Of a DNA stretch of 62,829 nucleotides, positions 46,670-56,039 are shown in pieces (position 1 is the stretch's first letter; every line of letters begins with the position of its first letter). The notes beneath the pieces are model-generated. The model saw nothing but the letters and a program-made list of their open reading frames with translations, did not search any database and was not told the origin of the DNA. Source of the DNA: Candidatus Nealsonbacteria bacterium (GTDB lineage: Bacteria; Patescibacteriota; Minisyncoccia; Minisyncoccales; DAOVPY01); NCBI GenBank assembly GCA_030628945.1, contig DAOVPY010000004.1, forward strand, positions 1 through 62,829. Reading direction: 5' to 3'. The position numbers were made by a program, and so were the translations under genes.

Positions 46670-48543
46670 TCACGATACTCTCCTTCTTCCGTCCCTTCCT
46701 TCTTTTCGCCTTCATCTTTGGGCTTTTCCTGCCCTTGCTGCGCGTTTTTGTACATTTCGGCTCCGACCTTCTGAATTGCCTGGGACAATTCCGCTGTTTT
46801 TGTTTTTATATCCTCTATATTATCACTCTGTTTAATTTTGTTCAAATCTTGTATTTTTTCTTCAATTTCTTTTTTTACTGTTGCGGAAATTTTGTCTTTG
46901 GCGTCTGCAAGAGTTTTTTCAGCGGTGTAAACCAGGGTGTCCGCAATGTTCCGCGCCTCAATTAGTTCCTGCTTTTTTTTGTCTTCCTGGACGTGAAGTT
47001 CCGCTTCTTTTTTCATTTTTTCCACTTCTTCTTTGGAAACGCCGCAGGAACCCTCAATTTTAATGGATTGGGATTTATTGGTTGCTTTGTCTTTTGCCGT
47101 GACCTCAAGAATTCCGTTAGCGTCAATATCAAAACTCACTTCAATTTGAGGAATCCCCCGCGGAGACGGCGGCATGCCGTCTAAGATAAACCTTCCAAGT
47201 GTTTTGTTGTGAGCGGACATTGGTCTTTCTCCTTGCAGCACATGAATTTCTACCGAGGGCTGGTTGTCAGCGGCTGTGGAAAAAATCTGGGTTTTGCCCG
47301 TGGGAACAGTGGTATTTTTAGGGATTAAAATAGTGCTAACGCCGCCCAAAGTCTCTATTCCCAAAGACAAAGGCGTAACATCCAACAATAACACATCCTT
47401 GACTTCACCCTGTAAAATTCCGGCTTGCGTTGCCGCGCCTACCGCCACCACCTCGTCCGGATTAATTCCTTTGTGCGTATCTTTGCCAAAAAACTTTTTA
47501 ATTTCTTCCTGAATTTTGGGCATTCGCGTTTGGCCGCCCACTAAAACAATTTCTTCAATATCTTTTGTCTCTAATTTCGCGTCTTTAAGGGTTTCTTCAA
47601 CCAACGCAAGAGAACGGTCAATATATTCTTTCACCAGGTTCTCAAATTGGGCGCGCGACAATTTATATAAAAGATGTTTGGGGCCCGCGGCGTCAGAAGT
47701 GACAAAAGGAAGATTAATTTCCGTTTCCATGGTGGTGGAAAGCTCAATTTTCGCTTTTTCCGCGGCTTCCTTTAATCGCTGGAGAGCCAAAACGTCTTTG
47801 GACAAATCAATGCCCTGGTCTTTTTGGAATTGTTTAACCAGCCAATCAATTATTTTTTGGTCAAAGTCGTCGCCCCCCAAATGAGTGTCGCCGCCCGTGC
47901 CTTTTACTTCTACCGTGTCCTCGCCAACATCCAAAATAGAAATATCAAAAGTTCCGCCGCCGAAATCATATACCACAATCTGCTGATTTTTTTTCTCGGT
48001 TAAGCCGTAAGCCAGAGCCGCGGCAGTCGGTTCGTTAATAACCCGCCTCACCTTAAACCCGGCAACTTCGCCCGCCACCTTGGTGGCTTTTCTTTGGGAA
48101 TCGTCAAAATAAGCCGGACAAGTGATAATTGCTTCTTCAATTTTTTCTCCTAATTTCGCTTCCGCGTCGCTTTTTAATTTCTGCAAAATCATTGCCGAAA
48201 TTTCCAGGGGCTGATACCATTTGTCCCCCATTTTTACCTCTATTCCTCCATTTTTGGCTTCCCTGATTTCATAAGATAAAAGTTTTTTATCTTTCTGAAC
48301 CTGAGCGTCGGAAAACTTTCTGCCTATCAATCGTTTAATGGAATAAATAGTATTTTGGGGATTAGTAATTTGCTGGCGTCTGGCTAAAATTCCTGCCAAT
48401 CTTTCATTGGTTTTAGAGACAGCCACAATTGAAGGAGTGGTTCTGGCTCCTTCCTTATTCTCAATAATTTTCGGCTCCCCTGCTTCAACAGCCGCCATAG
48501 CGGAAAAAGTGGTGCCGAGATCAATACCTAAAATTTTACTCAT
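46654..48543 (-). CDS. dnaK: Chaperone DnaK
   Basis: GIDLGTT, TCPAYF, INEPTAAA, DFGGGTFD, LVGGQTRMP. Confidence 0.98.
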   Translation of the reverse strand: MSKILGIDLGTTFSAMAAVEAGEPKIIENKEGARTTPSIVAVSKTNERLAGILARRQQITNPQNTIYSIKRLIGRKFSDAQVQKDKKLLSYEIREAKNGGIEVKMGDKWYQPLEISAMILQKLKSDAEAKLGEKIEEAIITCPAYFDDSQRKATKVAGEVAGFKVRRVINEPTAAALAYGLTEKKNQQIVVYDFGGGTFDISILDVGEDTVEVKGTGGDTHLGGDDFDQKIIDWLVKQFQKDQGIDLSKDVLALQRLKEAAEKAKIELSTTMETEINLPFVTSDAAGPKHLLYKLSRAQFENLVKEYIDRSLALVEETLKDAKLETKDIEEIVLVGGQTRMPKIQEEIKKFFGKDTHKGINPDEVVAVGAATQAGILQGEVKDVLLLDVTPLSLGIETLGGVSTILIPKNTTVPTGKTQIFSTAADNQPSVEIHVLQGERPMSAHNKTLGRFILDGMPPSPRGIPQIEVSFDIDANGILEVTAKDKATNKSQSIKIEGSCGVSKEEVEKMKKEAELHVQEDKKKQELIEARNIADTLVYTAEKTLADAKDKISATVKKEIEEKIQDLNKIKQSDNIEDIKTKTAELSQAIQKVGAEMYKNAQQGQEKPKDEGEKKEGTEEGEYRENPKS

Positions 48544-48580
48544 AAATTTTTCTTGACCCTGTAGGGTTACTTTTTAATTT

Positions 48581-48874
48581 TTAGAAACCGAGTTTGGGTT
48601 TTTCTTCTGTTGTTTGCGGCGCTTTGGCTTCTTTTAGTTTGCCGAATTTGTCTTCGTATTTTTTGATGTTTTCTTCAAGCGCCTTAATCATTCTTTTTAC
48701 GTGGCCCGGACTCATAATCACCCGGGAACACAAAACGCCCTGAGGCGGCGAAGCCAAAAAAAAGTCCAGAATAAACTCCTCTTTGGTGTGGACAATCTGC
48801 ATCAGATTGGAATACTTGCCTTTTAAATCTTCGTCTTTGGCTTTAATTTGTAATTGTTGTTTTTGCTGTTCCAT
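48581..48874 (-). CDS. DUF3467-like small protein
   Basis: GKYSNLMQIVHTKEEFILDF...SRVIMSPGHVKR pattern. Confidence 0.8.
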   Translation of the reverse strand: MEQQKQQLQIKAKDEDLKGKYSNLMQIVHTKEEFILDFFLASPPQGVLCSRVIMSPGHVKRMIKALEENIKKYEDKFGKLKEAKAPQTTEEKPKLGF

Positions 48875-48893
48875 AGATTTTAAAATTAAAAAT

Positions 48894-49385
48894 TCACTTA
48901 ACGACCTTTATTCTTGCTGCTCTTATAACTTTTCCTTGAAAAGTATATCCTTTTTGAATCTCCTCCACAATTACGTTGCTTTGTTTTTCTTTCATTTCAA
49001 TCTGTTCCACTACTTCGTGAAAATTTGGGTCAAACTTCTGACCTATTGTTTTCATCTCTTCTATTCCGTATTTTTTAAGAAAATCCTGAATTTGAGTTTT
49101 TATTTGCAGAACGCCTTTCACTTCGGAATTATTTTTTAAATCTTCTGAAAGTTTCTTTTCAATCAAATCAAAATTATCCAAAATCGGCAAAATTTTCAAG
49201 AGCATTTCTGCCTGGCTTATACCCACTAACGCGCCAATTCTTTCCATCTCTTCTTTTTTGTAATTCAAAAAATCAGCCCGGGCTCTCTGCCACCCGGCCA
49301 AATATTCATTTTTTTTCTTTTCACTTTCCTCTAATCTTTTTTCTATTTCTTTTTCCGCGGATTCTTTTTTACTTTTCTCCTCCAT
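48894..49385 (-). CDS. grpE: Nucleotide exchange factor GrpE
   Basis: WQRARADFLNYKK, LPILDNF, FDPNFHE, KGYTFQGKVIRAARIKV. Confidence 0.97.
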   Translation of the reverse strand: MEEKSKKESAEKEIEKRLEESEKKKNEYLAGWQRARADFLNYKKEEMERIGALVGISQAEMLLKILPILDNFDLIEKKLSEDLKNNSEVKGVLQIKTQIQDFLKKYGIEEMKTIGQKFDPNFHEVVEQIEMKEKQSNVIVEEIQKGYTFQGKVIRAARIKVVK

Positions 49386-49467
49386 TATTATTTATTATAC
49401 TTTTTTGAGAGCAACAGTCAAGATTTCCACAATGCTTTTTTTTTGAAATGTGCTAAAATACTTTAAC

Positions 49468-50382
49468 ATGAGGAAAATTATCAGAGGACCAAAAGTAACC
49501 TGGGTGGATATCAAAGACCCGAATGAAAAAGATATCAAATACCTCAAGGAGCGTTTCAATCTCCATCCTTTGGTTTTGGGCGAACTAATTCCGCCGGGTC
49601 ATCGGCCAAAAGTAGAGCATTATCCCGACTATCTGTTTCTAATTCTTTATTATCCCATTCACGATAAAGAAAAACGGGAAACCAAGCCCCGGGAACTGGA
49701 CATTATTATCACTAAAAACGTGCTGATTACCAGCCACTATAAATCAATTCTTCCCTTAAAAGCGCTTTTTGACACCTGCAACCTTTATTCAGAATCCCAA
49801 AAAAAATATATGTCTGAAGGACCTGGCCAGCTTCTCTTTTTTCTTTTGAGCGGGTTTTGGAAAAATTGCCTCGGCAAATTAGAGAGAATAGACAAAAAAA
49901 TCAACGTGGCTGAAAAAGAGATATTTGCCGGCAAGGAAAAAGAAATGGTTTTGGAAACATCTTTGATTAAAGCCGATATCATTAATTTCTGGAGAATTAT
50001 TGAACCCCAGGGCGAAATTTTGGAATCGCTCTCCAAAGAGGGAACATCTTTTTTCGGAAAAAATCTATCTCCATATTTTTCTGACATTTTAGGAACTTAC
50101 GGCAAAGCATGGAATGACATTAAAACATTTAAGGAAACTATTTTAGCGTTAGAAGACACCAATCAGTCATTGCTCTCCAGCAAGATTAACGAAATTATGC
50201 AAATTTTAACTATTTTCTCGGTGATTTTTCTTCCATTAACCTTGCTTGCTTCAATCTGGGGAATGAATATTGCTTCTATGCCTTTTAGTCAATCGCGAAT
50301 CGGCTTCTGGCTTATTCTGCTCTTAATGGCAGCTTTAATAGGACTGATGATATTTTTTTTCAAAAAGAAAAAATGGCTGTAA
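49468..50382 (+). CDS. corA: CorA-family Mg2+/divalent cation transporter
   Basis: TWVDI..P, LHPL, NEIMQILT, IWGMN motif, two C-terminal TM helices; ATG 49468 follows TGcTAAAAT. Confidence 0.92.
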   Translation: MRKIIRGPKVTWVDIKDPNEKDIKYLKERFNLHPLVLGELIPPGHRPKVEHYPDYLFLILYYPIHDKEKRETKPRELDIIITKNVLITSHYKSILPLKALFDTCNLYSESQKKYMSEGPGQLLFFLLSGFWKNCLGKLERIDKKINVAEKEIFAGKEKEMVLETSLIKADIINFWRIIEPQGEILESLSKEGTSFFGKNLSPYFSDILGTYGKAWNDIKTFKETILALEDTNQSLLSSKINEIMQILTIFSVIFLPLTLLASIWGMNIASMPFSQSRIGFWLILLLMAALIGLMIFFFKKKKWL

Positions 50383-50454
50383 TAAAAACGCAAAACGCAA
50401 AACGCAAAATAACAGTTTAAAACTTAAAAAAACTTTTAATTTAGCGAAGCGCTT

Positions 50455-52272
50455 ATGTCCAACCGCGTCACCAATGTAGTTGCTGCGATATTGCTTGCCG
50501 TAATGTTTGTTACGGCGGTTTTTAGCATAAAACACGATTCAACAACAATGGACGAACTCGCCCATCTGCCGGCCGGCTATTCTTATCTAACTCAAAAAGA
50601 TATGCGGCTCAATCCAGAACATCCGCCTCTGATAAAAGACCTTTCAGCCATTCCCCTGCTCTTTATTAAGGGACTAAACTTTCCTTCTGAAATCAAAGAA
50701 TGGAAGAGCGATGTCAACGGACAATGGGGATTTGGCTCTTATTTTCTGTATGAAGCCGGCAATCCGGCTGATAAAATGATTTTCTGGGACCGGCTGCCAA
50801 TGATTTTAATTTTAATTTTGCTCGGATTTTATATTTTTAAAGCCGCTCGGGAATTATTCGGAGCCCAAACAGCCCTGTTTTCCTTGTTTTTATTCTCTTT
50901 CTCCCCTACCTTCTTAGCTCACGGAAGATTGGTGACCACTGATGTCGGAGCCGCGGCCGGCATATTCATCGCCACTTATTATTTTCTTAAAACCCTTTCC
51001 AAGCCAACCAGGAAAAACATTCTTTTAGCCGGGATTTTTTTCGGCTTGGCGCAACTTTGCAAATTTTCAGTAATACTTTTGGGTCCTTTCTTTGTCTTTT
51101 TGATTTTAATTTGGTGGCTGATTAAATCCGGGAAAATAATGAAAACTTTAAAAATTTTAATTCTGGTTTTTACAATCGGCTTTCTTTTAATCGGAGCTGT
51201 CTATCAATATCATACCTGGAATTATCCACCCGAAAGACAAGTACAAGACACTAAAATTCTTTTGCCCGACTATTCTGATAACTTCATCAAGGGTTCTATA
51301 AAAAATTCTATTGTTTGGGCCGCTGATAAGCCAATTCTCCGTCCTTACGCCCATTATCTAACCGGTTTGGTTATGATTTTCAATCGAACCGCTTACGGGC
51401 ACACAACTTATTTCCTTGGCGAAATTTCCAACAAGGGATGGAAAAATTATTTTCCAATTGTCTACGCAATTAAAGAACCCTTAAGCTTTCATATTCTCAC
51501 CCTGATTGCCTTGCTTTATCTCGGTTGGCTGATTAAAAGACCTTGCTGGTTAAACGCTTTTCAAAGAATAAAAAATTGGATTAGAACGCACTTTATTGAA
51601 TTTGCCATGCTTGTTTTTATCGCTTTTTACTGGGGAGTAAGCTTGAAAACAGACCTGAATCTTGGAGCGCGCCACCTTTTGCCGATTTTTCCGTTTACTT
51701 TTATTTTAGTAAGCGCAACAATAATCAATTGGCTTCACCCTGTTAAATGCCGCGAAGCGGCAATTTCGCCAAAGGCGAAATTATTTAACAGGGTAGAAGG
51801 CCCTCTTTGGAGCAGAACAAAACACACTATTGTCTACGGCTTAATTTTCTTGCAAATTATTAGCGTTATGGCTGTTTTTCCTCATTTTTTAGCCTATTTT
51901 AACATCTTAGCGCGCGGTCCGGACAACGGTTATATCTATACCGTTGATTCCAACCTTGACTGGGGGCAGGACCTTAAACGATTAACAGAATGGACAGAAA
52001 AAAATAAAATTGATAAAATTTATCTTGATTATTTCGGAGGCGGAAAGCCGGAATACTACCTGAAAGAAAAATATGCCCCTTGGTGGGGCAATCGCGATTC
52101 GCGGGACTTTCCAAAAAATAATTATCTGGCTGTTTCAGCGACTCCTCTTCAAATAGGAAGAGGGACAGCGGCTTTGGAATTTGACCAACCTACCGGCCAT
52201 TATAAATGGCTTGATGAATATAAACTAATAACAAAAATCGGCTACTCAATCTTTATCTATTACATTGACTAA
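50455..52272 (+). CDS. ArnT/PMT-like (GT-C) membrane glycosyltransferase
   Basis: STTMDELAHLPAG, NPEHPPLIK, LVTTD, ARHLLP, DSNLDWGQDL; many TM helices. Confidence 0.88.
   Translation: MSNRVTNVVAAILLAVMFVTAVFSIKHDSTTMDELAHLPAGYSYLTQKDMRLNPEHPPLIKDLSAIPLLFIKGLNFPSEIKEWKSDVNGQWGFGSYFLYEAGNPADKMIFWDRLPMILILILLGFYIFKAARELFGAQTALFSLFLFSFSPTFLAHGRLVTTDVGAAAGIFIATYYFLKTLSKPTRKNILLAGIFFGLAQLCKFSVILLGPFFVFLILIWWLIKSGKIMKTLKILILVFTIGFLLIGAVYQYHTWNYPPERQVQDTKILLPDYSDNFIKGSIKNSIVWAADKPILRPYAHYLTGLVMIFNRTAYGHTTYFLGEISNKGWKNYFPIVYAIKEPLSFHILTLIALLYLGWLIKRPCWLNAFQRIKNWIRTHFIEFAMLVFIAFYWGVSLKTDLNLGARHLLPIFPFTFILVSATIINWLHPVKCREAAISPKAKLFNRVEGPLWSRTKHTIVYGLIFLQIISVMAVFPHFLAYFNILARGPDNGYIYTVDSNLDWGQDLKRLTEWTEKNKIDKIYLDYFGGGKPEYYLKEKYAPWWGNRDSRDFPKNNYLAVSATPLQIGRGTAALEFDQPTGHYKWLDEYKLITKIGYSIFIYYID
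51738..51793. repeat. 56-bp three-way-junction element in-frame in the GT-C gene
   Basis: CCCTGTTAAAT...ATTTAACAGGG with two inner hairpins; second copy at 61329-61384. Confidence 0.9.
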
Positions 52273-53132
52273 CGATACCGATAATAAACTCTGCTAAATC
52301 TCAAGTCAATATATTCAAGTATTTCTCTTCTTTCGGAAGGGATTTTGTTTTGTAAAAGCAAGTCAAGTTCAGTAATTTGCCAATTTATATCCTCTGTTGG
52401 ATTAAAATAAATTTCCCAGCCTTCATTTGTTTTAACATTCAACCGCTCCCCGGAAACAATCTCAGCCAAATCGCATGAAATTTTCAAATCCTGTTTTAAT
52501 TTAGAAATAATTTCTAAAATCTGAGTTAATTTTTCTTTTTCAATAACGCTGTCTCCGGGTTTTAATTGTATGTCGTGGGCGCGGCTTTCAATTTTCAGTA
52601 ATTTTGGATTTTCTTCAAAAATTTCCCCTGCCCCCACACCAATATTTGGATAGTGGGGGCTTGCCCCCACACCTATATTTAGGTAGTGGGGGTCAAAAAT
52701 TATTCCTTCGCTGTCCAGCAAGAAACATTGTTGCCCTTGGCAAAAAACCCCTGTTCCCAATCTTTCTGTCACAACAACATTCAACGCGGCTGGAAATCCC
52801 CTGCGCATCTCAATCTCAGCTATAGTGGGAAAATTATTTAAAATATCTTCCCTTATTTTTTTAAAGTTGGCTAAAAAAATACTTTTGGTCGGGAAAAACA
52901 ATATTTTTTTTGCGATTTGGTTTTCAACAACGCCTTTAATTCCTTGTTTTGAAACTTTTTCCTCTCCTGAGATTATGATATTTTCTATTTGAAAAGTCGC
53001 TGAAAAAATCAAAAGATAAAAGACAGAAATCGCGAGAATTGAAAATAAAATTACTTGCCGAAAAAATCTATTTTTCAAGATAGATTTTTTTCTTCTAATT
53101 CTATGGGGTGTGTAAACTTGACTTTTTTTCAT
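52269..53132 (-). CDS. ftsQ: Cell division protein FtsQ/DivIB-like
   Basis: Basic N-terminus, single TM, POTRA-like FQIENIIISG, C-terminal LEYIDLRF. Confidence 0.8.
   Translation of the reverse strand: MKKSQVYTPHRIRRKKSILKNRFFRQVILFSILAISVFYLLIFSATFQIENIIISGEEKVSKQGIKGVVENQIAKKILFFPTKSIFLANFKKIREDILNNFPTIAEIEMRRGFPAALNVVVTERLGTGVFCQGQQCFLLDSEGIIFDPHYLNIGVGASPHYPNIGVGAGEIFEENPKLLKIESRAHDIQLKPGDSVIEKEKLTQILEIISKLKQDLKISCDLAEIVSGERLNVKTNEGWEIYFNPTEDINWQITELDLLLQNKIPSERREILEYIDLRFSRVYYRYR
52630..52695. repeat. Two tandem 33-bp hairpin units in-frame in ftsQ
   Basis: GCCCCCACACC(A/T)ATATTT(G/A)G(A/G)TAGTGGGGG x2; encodes PHYLNIGVGAS/PHYPNIGVGAG. Confidence 0.85.
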
Positions 53133-53172
53133 AGATAGTTATAATCTTATCAAGGAGGTAAATCACAGAAAA

Positions 53173-53289
53173 ATGGGACCTTTAACAATTTTGGCTATAG
53201 GGATAGGGATTGGATGTATAAGCACTTATCTTGGTCTGCGGCAGATAAGGAAATATGTTGAAATATTTGTGATAAAAGAAAAGGAGTGA
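53173..53289 (+). CDS. Candidate 38-aa single-TM microprotein
   Basis: MGPLTILAIGIGIGCISTYLGLRQIRKYVEIFVIKEKE; AAGGAGGT upstream; fills the ftsQ-femAB gap. Confidence 0.45.
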   Translation: MGPLTILAIGIGIGCISTYLGLRQIRKYVEIFVIKEKE

Positions 53290-53308
53290 AAAAAAAGTTA
53301 AAGAGGCA

Positions 53309-54382
53309 TTACAAACCTCTTTTTGTTTTTCTGATTTTTTCCACAATATAATTCAGCCAGTATTTTGGAGACAAAACTAAATCCTGGGTTTTCACATATT
53401 CTTTTTTATAGCCGCCAAAACCCATTTTGAATAAAGTTAAGCCAGCCCAAGGGTGGTTTTTATTAATAATTGATAATTGATTATTTATCATTTTGACGGG
53501 CGCTATACCCCAAAAATTATATAATCTGCATCCTCGTAGTTTCGCTTCTTTAATCGCTTCCCATTGCAAAAGATACGAAACCGGAATTTTGGGATGTTTC
53601 AGAGACGAAGCGCCTTGATGGTAAAATCCAATCCCCTGCCAGAAAATAATTATTGCCGAAGAAATAATCTCGCCTTTATATCTGCCTAAAAAAATAGAAA
53701 TTTGATTATCGGCTTGAAATACTGAAAATTCGTTTTTCAGATATTCTAAAGAAAATGGCGTAAAATGGTGGCGATTAACAGTTGCTTGATAAAGTTCATC
53801 AAATTTTTTAACATCCTTAATATCCTGGCTTTGAACTATCTCAATATCCTGATTTTTTTCCGCCTGGCGGATGAGATATCTTGTCGTTTTCCGCATATTC
53901 ATCAATAATTCTTGTTCTGATGGCTTAATATCTAATTTCCAGGTTGTTTCCGGGTGCATGTGAATCGGCGCGTTTCTAAATCCCAAATCTTTAAAAATTT
54001 TAACATTCTCCTCTCTCCTTTCCCAAATTACACTTATCCGAATAAAACCGCAATTTTCTTGTTTCGCAATTTCTTTTAATTTTTCCAATAAAGCTCTCAT
54101 CGGAGAACTGTTCTCCGATACATCGGAGAACTGTTCTCCGATGTTTTTAATTACTGGACCGTGAGGGACAAATATAAATGTCCCTCTTTTCGCCTGAATT
54201 TTAATCACCAAAGCAACTGCAATTAACTGTTCGCTGTTATAAACGCCCAGCCGCCAAATCTTGTATCCCATTTTCTTTTGAAATTCTCCCCAATTCCAGG
54301 AACTCAAAAAGGTCTTTTCTCCACACTCCTCCAAAAAACCCTCCCAAATTTGCTTTTCAATTATTTCTTTAGATAGTAACAT
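53309..54382 (-). CDS. FemAB/FemX-family peptidoglycan interpeptide bridge peptidyltransferase
   Basis: FLSSWNWGEF, PHGP, MRKTTRYLIR, LLQWEAI..AK..G...YNFWGI, LTLFKMGFGG. Confidence 0.9.
   Translation of the reverse strand: MLLSKEIIEKQIWEGFLEECGEKTFLSSWNWGEFQKKMGYKIWRLGVYNSEQLIAVALVIKIQAKRGTFIFVPHGPVIKNIGEQFSDVSENSSPMRALLEKLKEIAKQENCGFIRISVIWERREENVKIFKDLGFRNAPIHMHPETTWKLDIKPSEQELLMNMRKTTRYLIRQAEKNQDIEIVQSQDIKDVKKFDELYQATVNRHHFTPFSLEYLKNEFSVFQADNQISIFLGRYKGEIISSAIIIFWQGIGFYHQGASSLKHPKIPVSYLLQWEAIKEAKLRGCRLYNFWGIAPVKMINNQLSIINKNHPWAGLTLFKMGFGGYKKEYVKTQDLVLSPKYWLNYIVEKIRKTKRGL
54098..54143. repeat. Tandem 23-bp palindromes in-frame in femAB
   Basis: CATCGGAGAACTGTTCTCCGAT(A/G) x2. Confidence 0.85.
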
Positions 54383-55913
54383 AATTTTCTCTTGCCGCTT
54401 TTATTCTTTGCAGAGTTTTTTGTTTGCCTAAAATTTCAGCGATTTCAAAAGGACTCGGGGAGGCCTTTTTTCCGCTTAAAGCGGCTCTCAATGGCCACAA
54501 TAACTCTCCCCTATCTTTTCTTTTCTCGGCTTCAAGCATCAAAACCTTTTCTAAATTTTCTTTATCAAATTTGTCGAGTTCAAGCCCGGATAATATCTCT
54601 TCTAATTTATCTAAAACATCTTTTACATCGTCATTACTCATATCTTTCCATTTTAATAAATCTTTGTAATACTCCAATTTTTCCTTGAAGAAAAAGTCAA
54701 TGAATTCTGAAATTTCCGAGAGTTTTTTCAGCCGTTCCTGGTATAAACCCACAATTTTTTTCAAAGAATCAAAAGTTATTCTTTCTTTTGTTTCTTTAAC
54801 GACATATTTCTGGACAATCTCTTTGCCTAAATATCCGGTCAAATTCGGCATTCTTTCCTCTGATTCAAAAATCGGCTCAACCAAGCCCTCCTCAATCAGA
54901 AATGGCAGACAGGATTCTGTTAATTTGTCCAAAGATTTCTGGCGAATGTAAAACCCATTTAGATAATCCAAACGTTTGATATTAAAAATCGCTCCGCCTT
55001 TCTGAACTTTTTCCAAGGAAAATTCTTTAATCAAAGAAGAGAGAGAAAAAATTTCTCTTTCCGTGTCAGGGTTCCAGCCCAAAAACGCCATAAAATTGAC
55101 AAGAGTTTCGGGTAAATAGCCCTGTTTTCGGTATTCGGCAACAGCGCAGGCGTTGTGGCGCTTGCTTAATTTTGTTCGGTCCGGGCCTAAAATCAGAGGC
55201 AAGTGAGCGTATTTTGGATTAGGAAAATTTAAGGCTTCCTGAATTAAAATCTGTTTAGGAGTATTTGGAATATGGTCTTCTCCCCGAATGACATGGCTGA
55301 TTTTCATTTCAAAATCGTCAACAACGCAGGCGAAATTATACAAAGGAGTCGCCAAATCCTTGGCAATGGCAATGTCTCCCAATAAAGAAGAGTCAAATTC
55401 TAATTTTCCGCGGATTAAATCATGGAAAATTATTTTTTTGTCCGGCATCTTAAATCTTATGATTGACTGCTTGCTCGCAGCTAATCTTTTTTTAATTTCA
55501 TTTTCAGAAAGACCGCGGCATTTTCCATTATAGCGAAGAGGCTGCCCGACGCTCAATTGATATTGCCTCATTGCTTCTAATTCTTCCTGCGAACAAAAAC
55601 AATAATATGCCTTTTTCTCTTTCAAAAGTTTCTCTAAATACCTGGCGTAAACAGGAATTCGCTGGCTTTGCCTATAGGGTCCGAGGTCCCAGTTAATCCC
55701 CAACCATTTTAAATTCTCTATAATGTCTTTTTCAAATTTTGGCTCTGACCTTTTTTGATCGGTATCCTCCAGCCGCAAAATGAATTTTCCTTTATTCTTT
55801 TTAGCAAAAACATAATTAAAAAGCGCTGTCCGAGCCAGACCGAGATGTAAAAAACCGGTTGGCGAAGGCGCAATTCTCACCCTGACATCTTTTAAGAATT
55901 TTGAATCGTCCAT
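54369..55913 (-). CDS. gltX: Glutamate-tRNA ligase
   Basis: RIAPSPTGFLHLG (HIGH-like), LRLEDTD, HVIRGEDH, KLSKR. Confidence 0.97.
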   Translation of the reverse strand: MDDSKFLKDVRVRIAPSPTGFLHLGLARTALFNYVFAKKNKGKFILRLEDTDQKRSEPKFEKDIIENLKWLGINWDLGPYRQSQRIPVYARYLEKLLKEKKAYYCFCSQEELEAMRQYQLSVGQPLRYNGKCRGLSENEIKKRLAASKQSIIRFKMPDKKIIFHDLIRGKLEFDSSLLGDIAIAKDLATPLYNFACVVDDFEMKISHVIRGEDHIPNTPKQILIQEALNFPNPKYAHLPLILGPDRTKLSKRHNACAVAEYRKQGYLPETLVNFMAFLGWNPDTEREIFSLSSLIKEFSLEKVQKGGAIFNIKRLDYLNGFYIRQKSLDKLTESCLPFLIEEGLVEPIFESEERMPNLTGYLGKEIVQKYVVKETKERITFDSLKKIVGLYQERLKKLSEISEFIDFFFKEKLEYYKDLLKWKDMSNDDVKDVLDKLEEILSGLELDKFDKENLEKVLMLEAEKRKDRGELLWPLRAALSGKKASPSPFEIAEILGKQKTLQRIKAARENYVTI

Positions 55914-55953
55914 TACTTCACTTTAACATTTTCTATTTGAGAAAAAAAGGTTA

Positions 55954-56033
55954 TAATTGAGAGAGAGGGAGGAAAAGAAAAATTTATTTTTCTTTTCCGA
56001 CCGAACGAACAATTATGTCTGTAAAGTCATAAT
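55954..56033 (+). repeat. Third copy of the ~75-bp structured element
   Basis: TAATTG...GAGGGAGGAAAAGAAAAATTTATTTTTCTTTTCCGACCGAACGAA..CAATTA...GTCATAAT. Confidence 0.9.
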
Positions 56034-56039
56034 GAAGTT

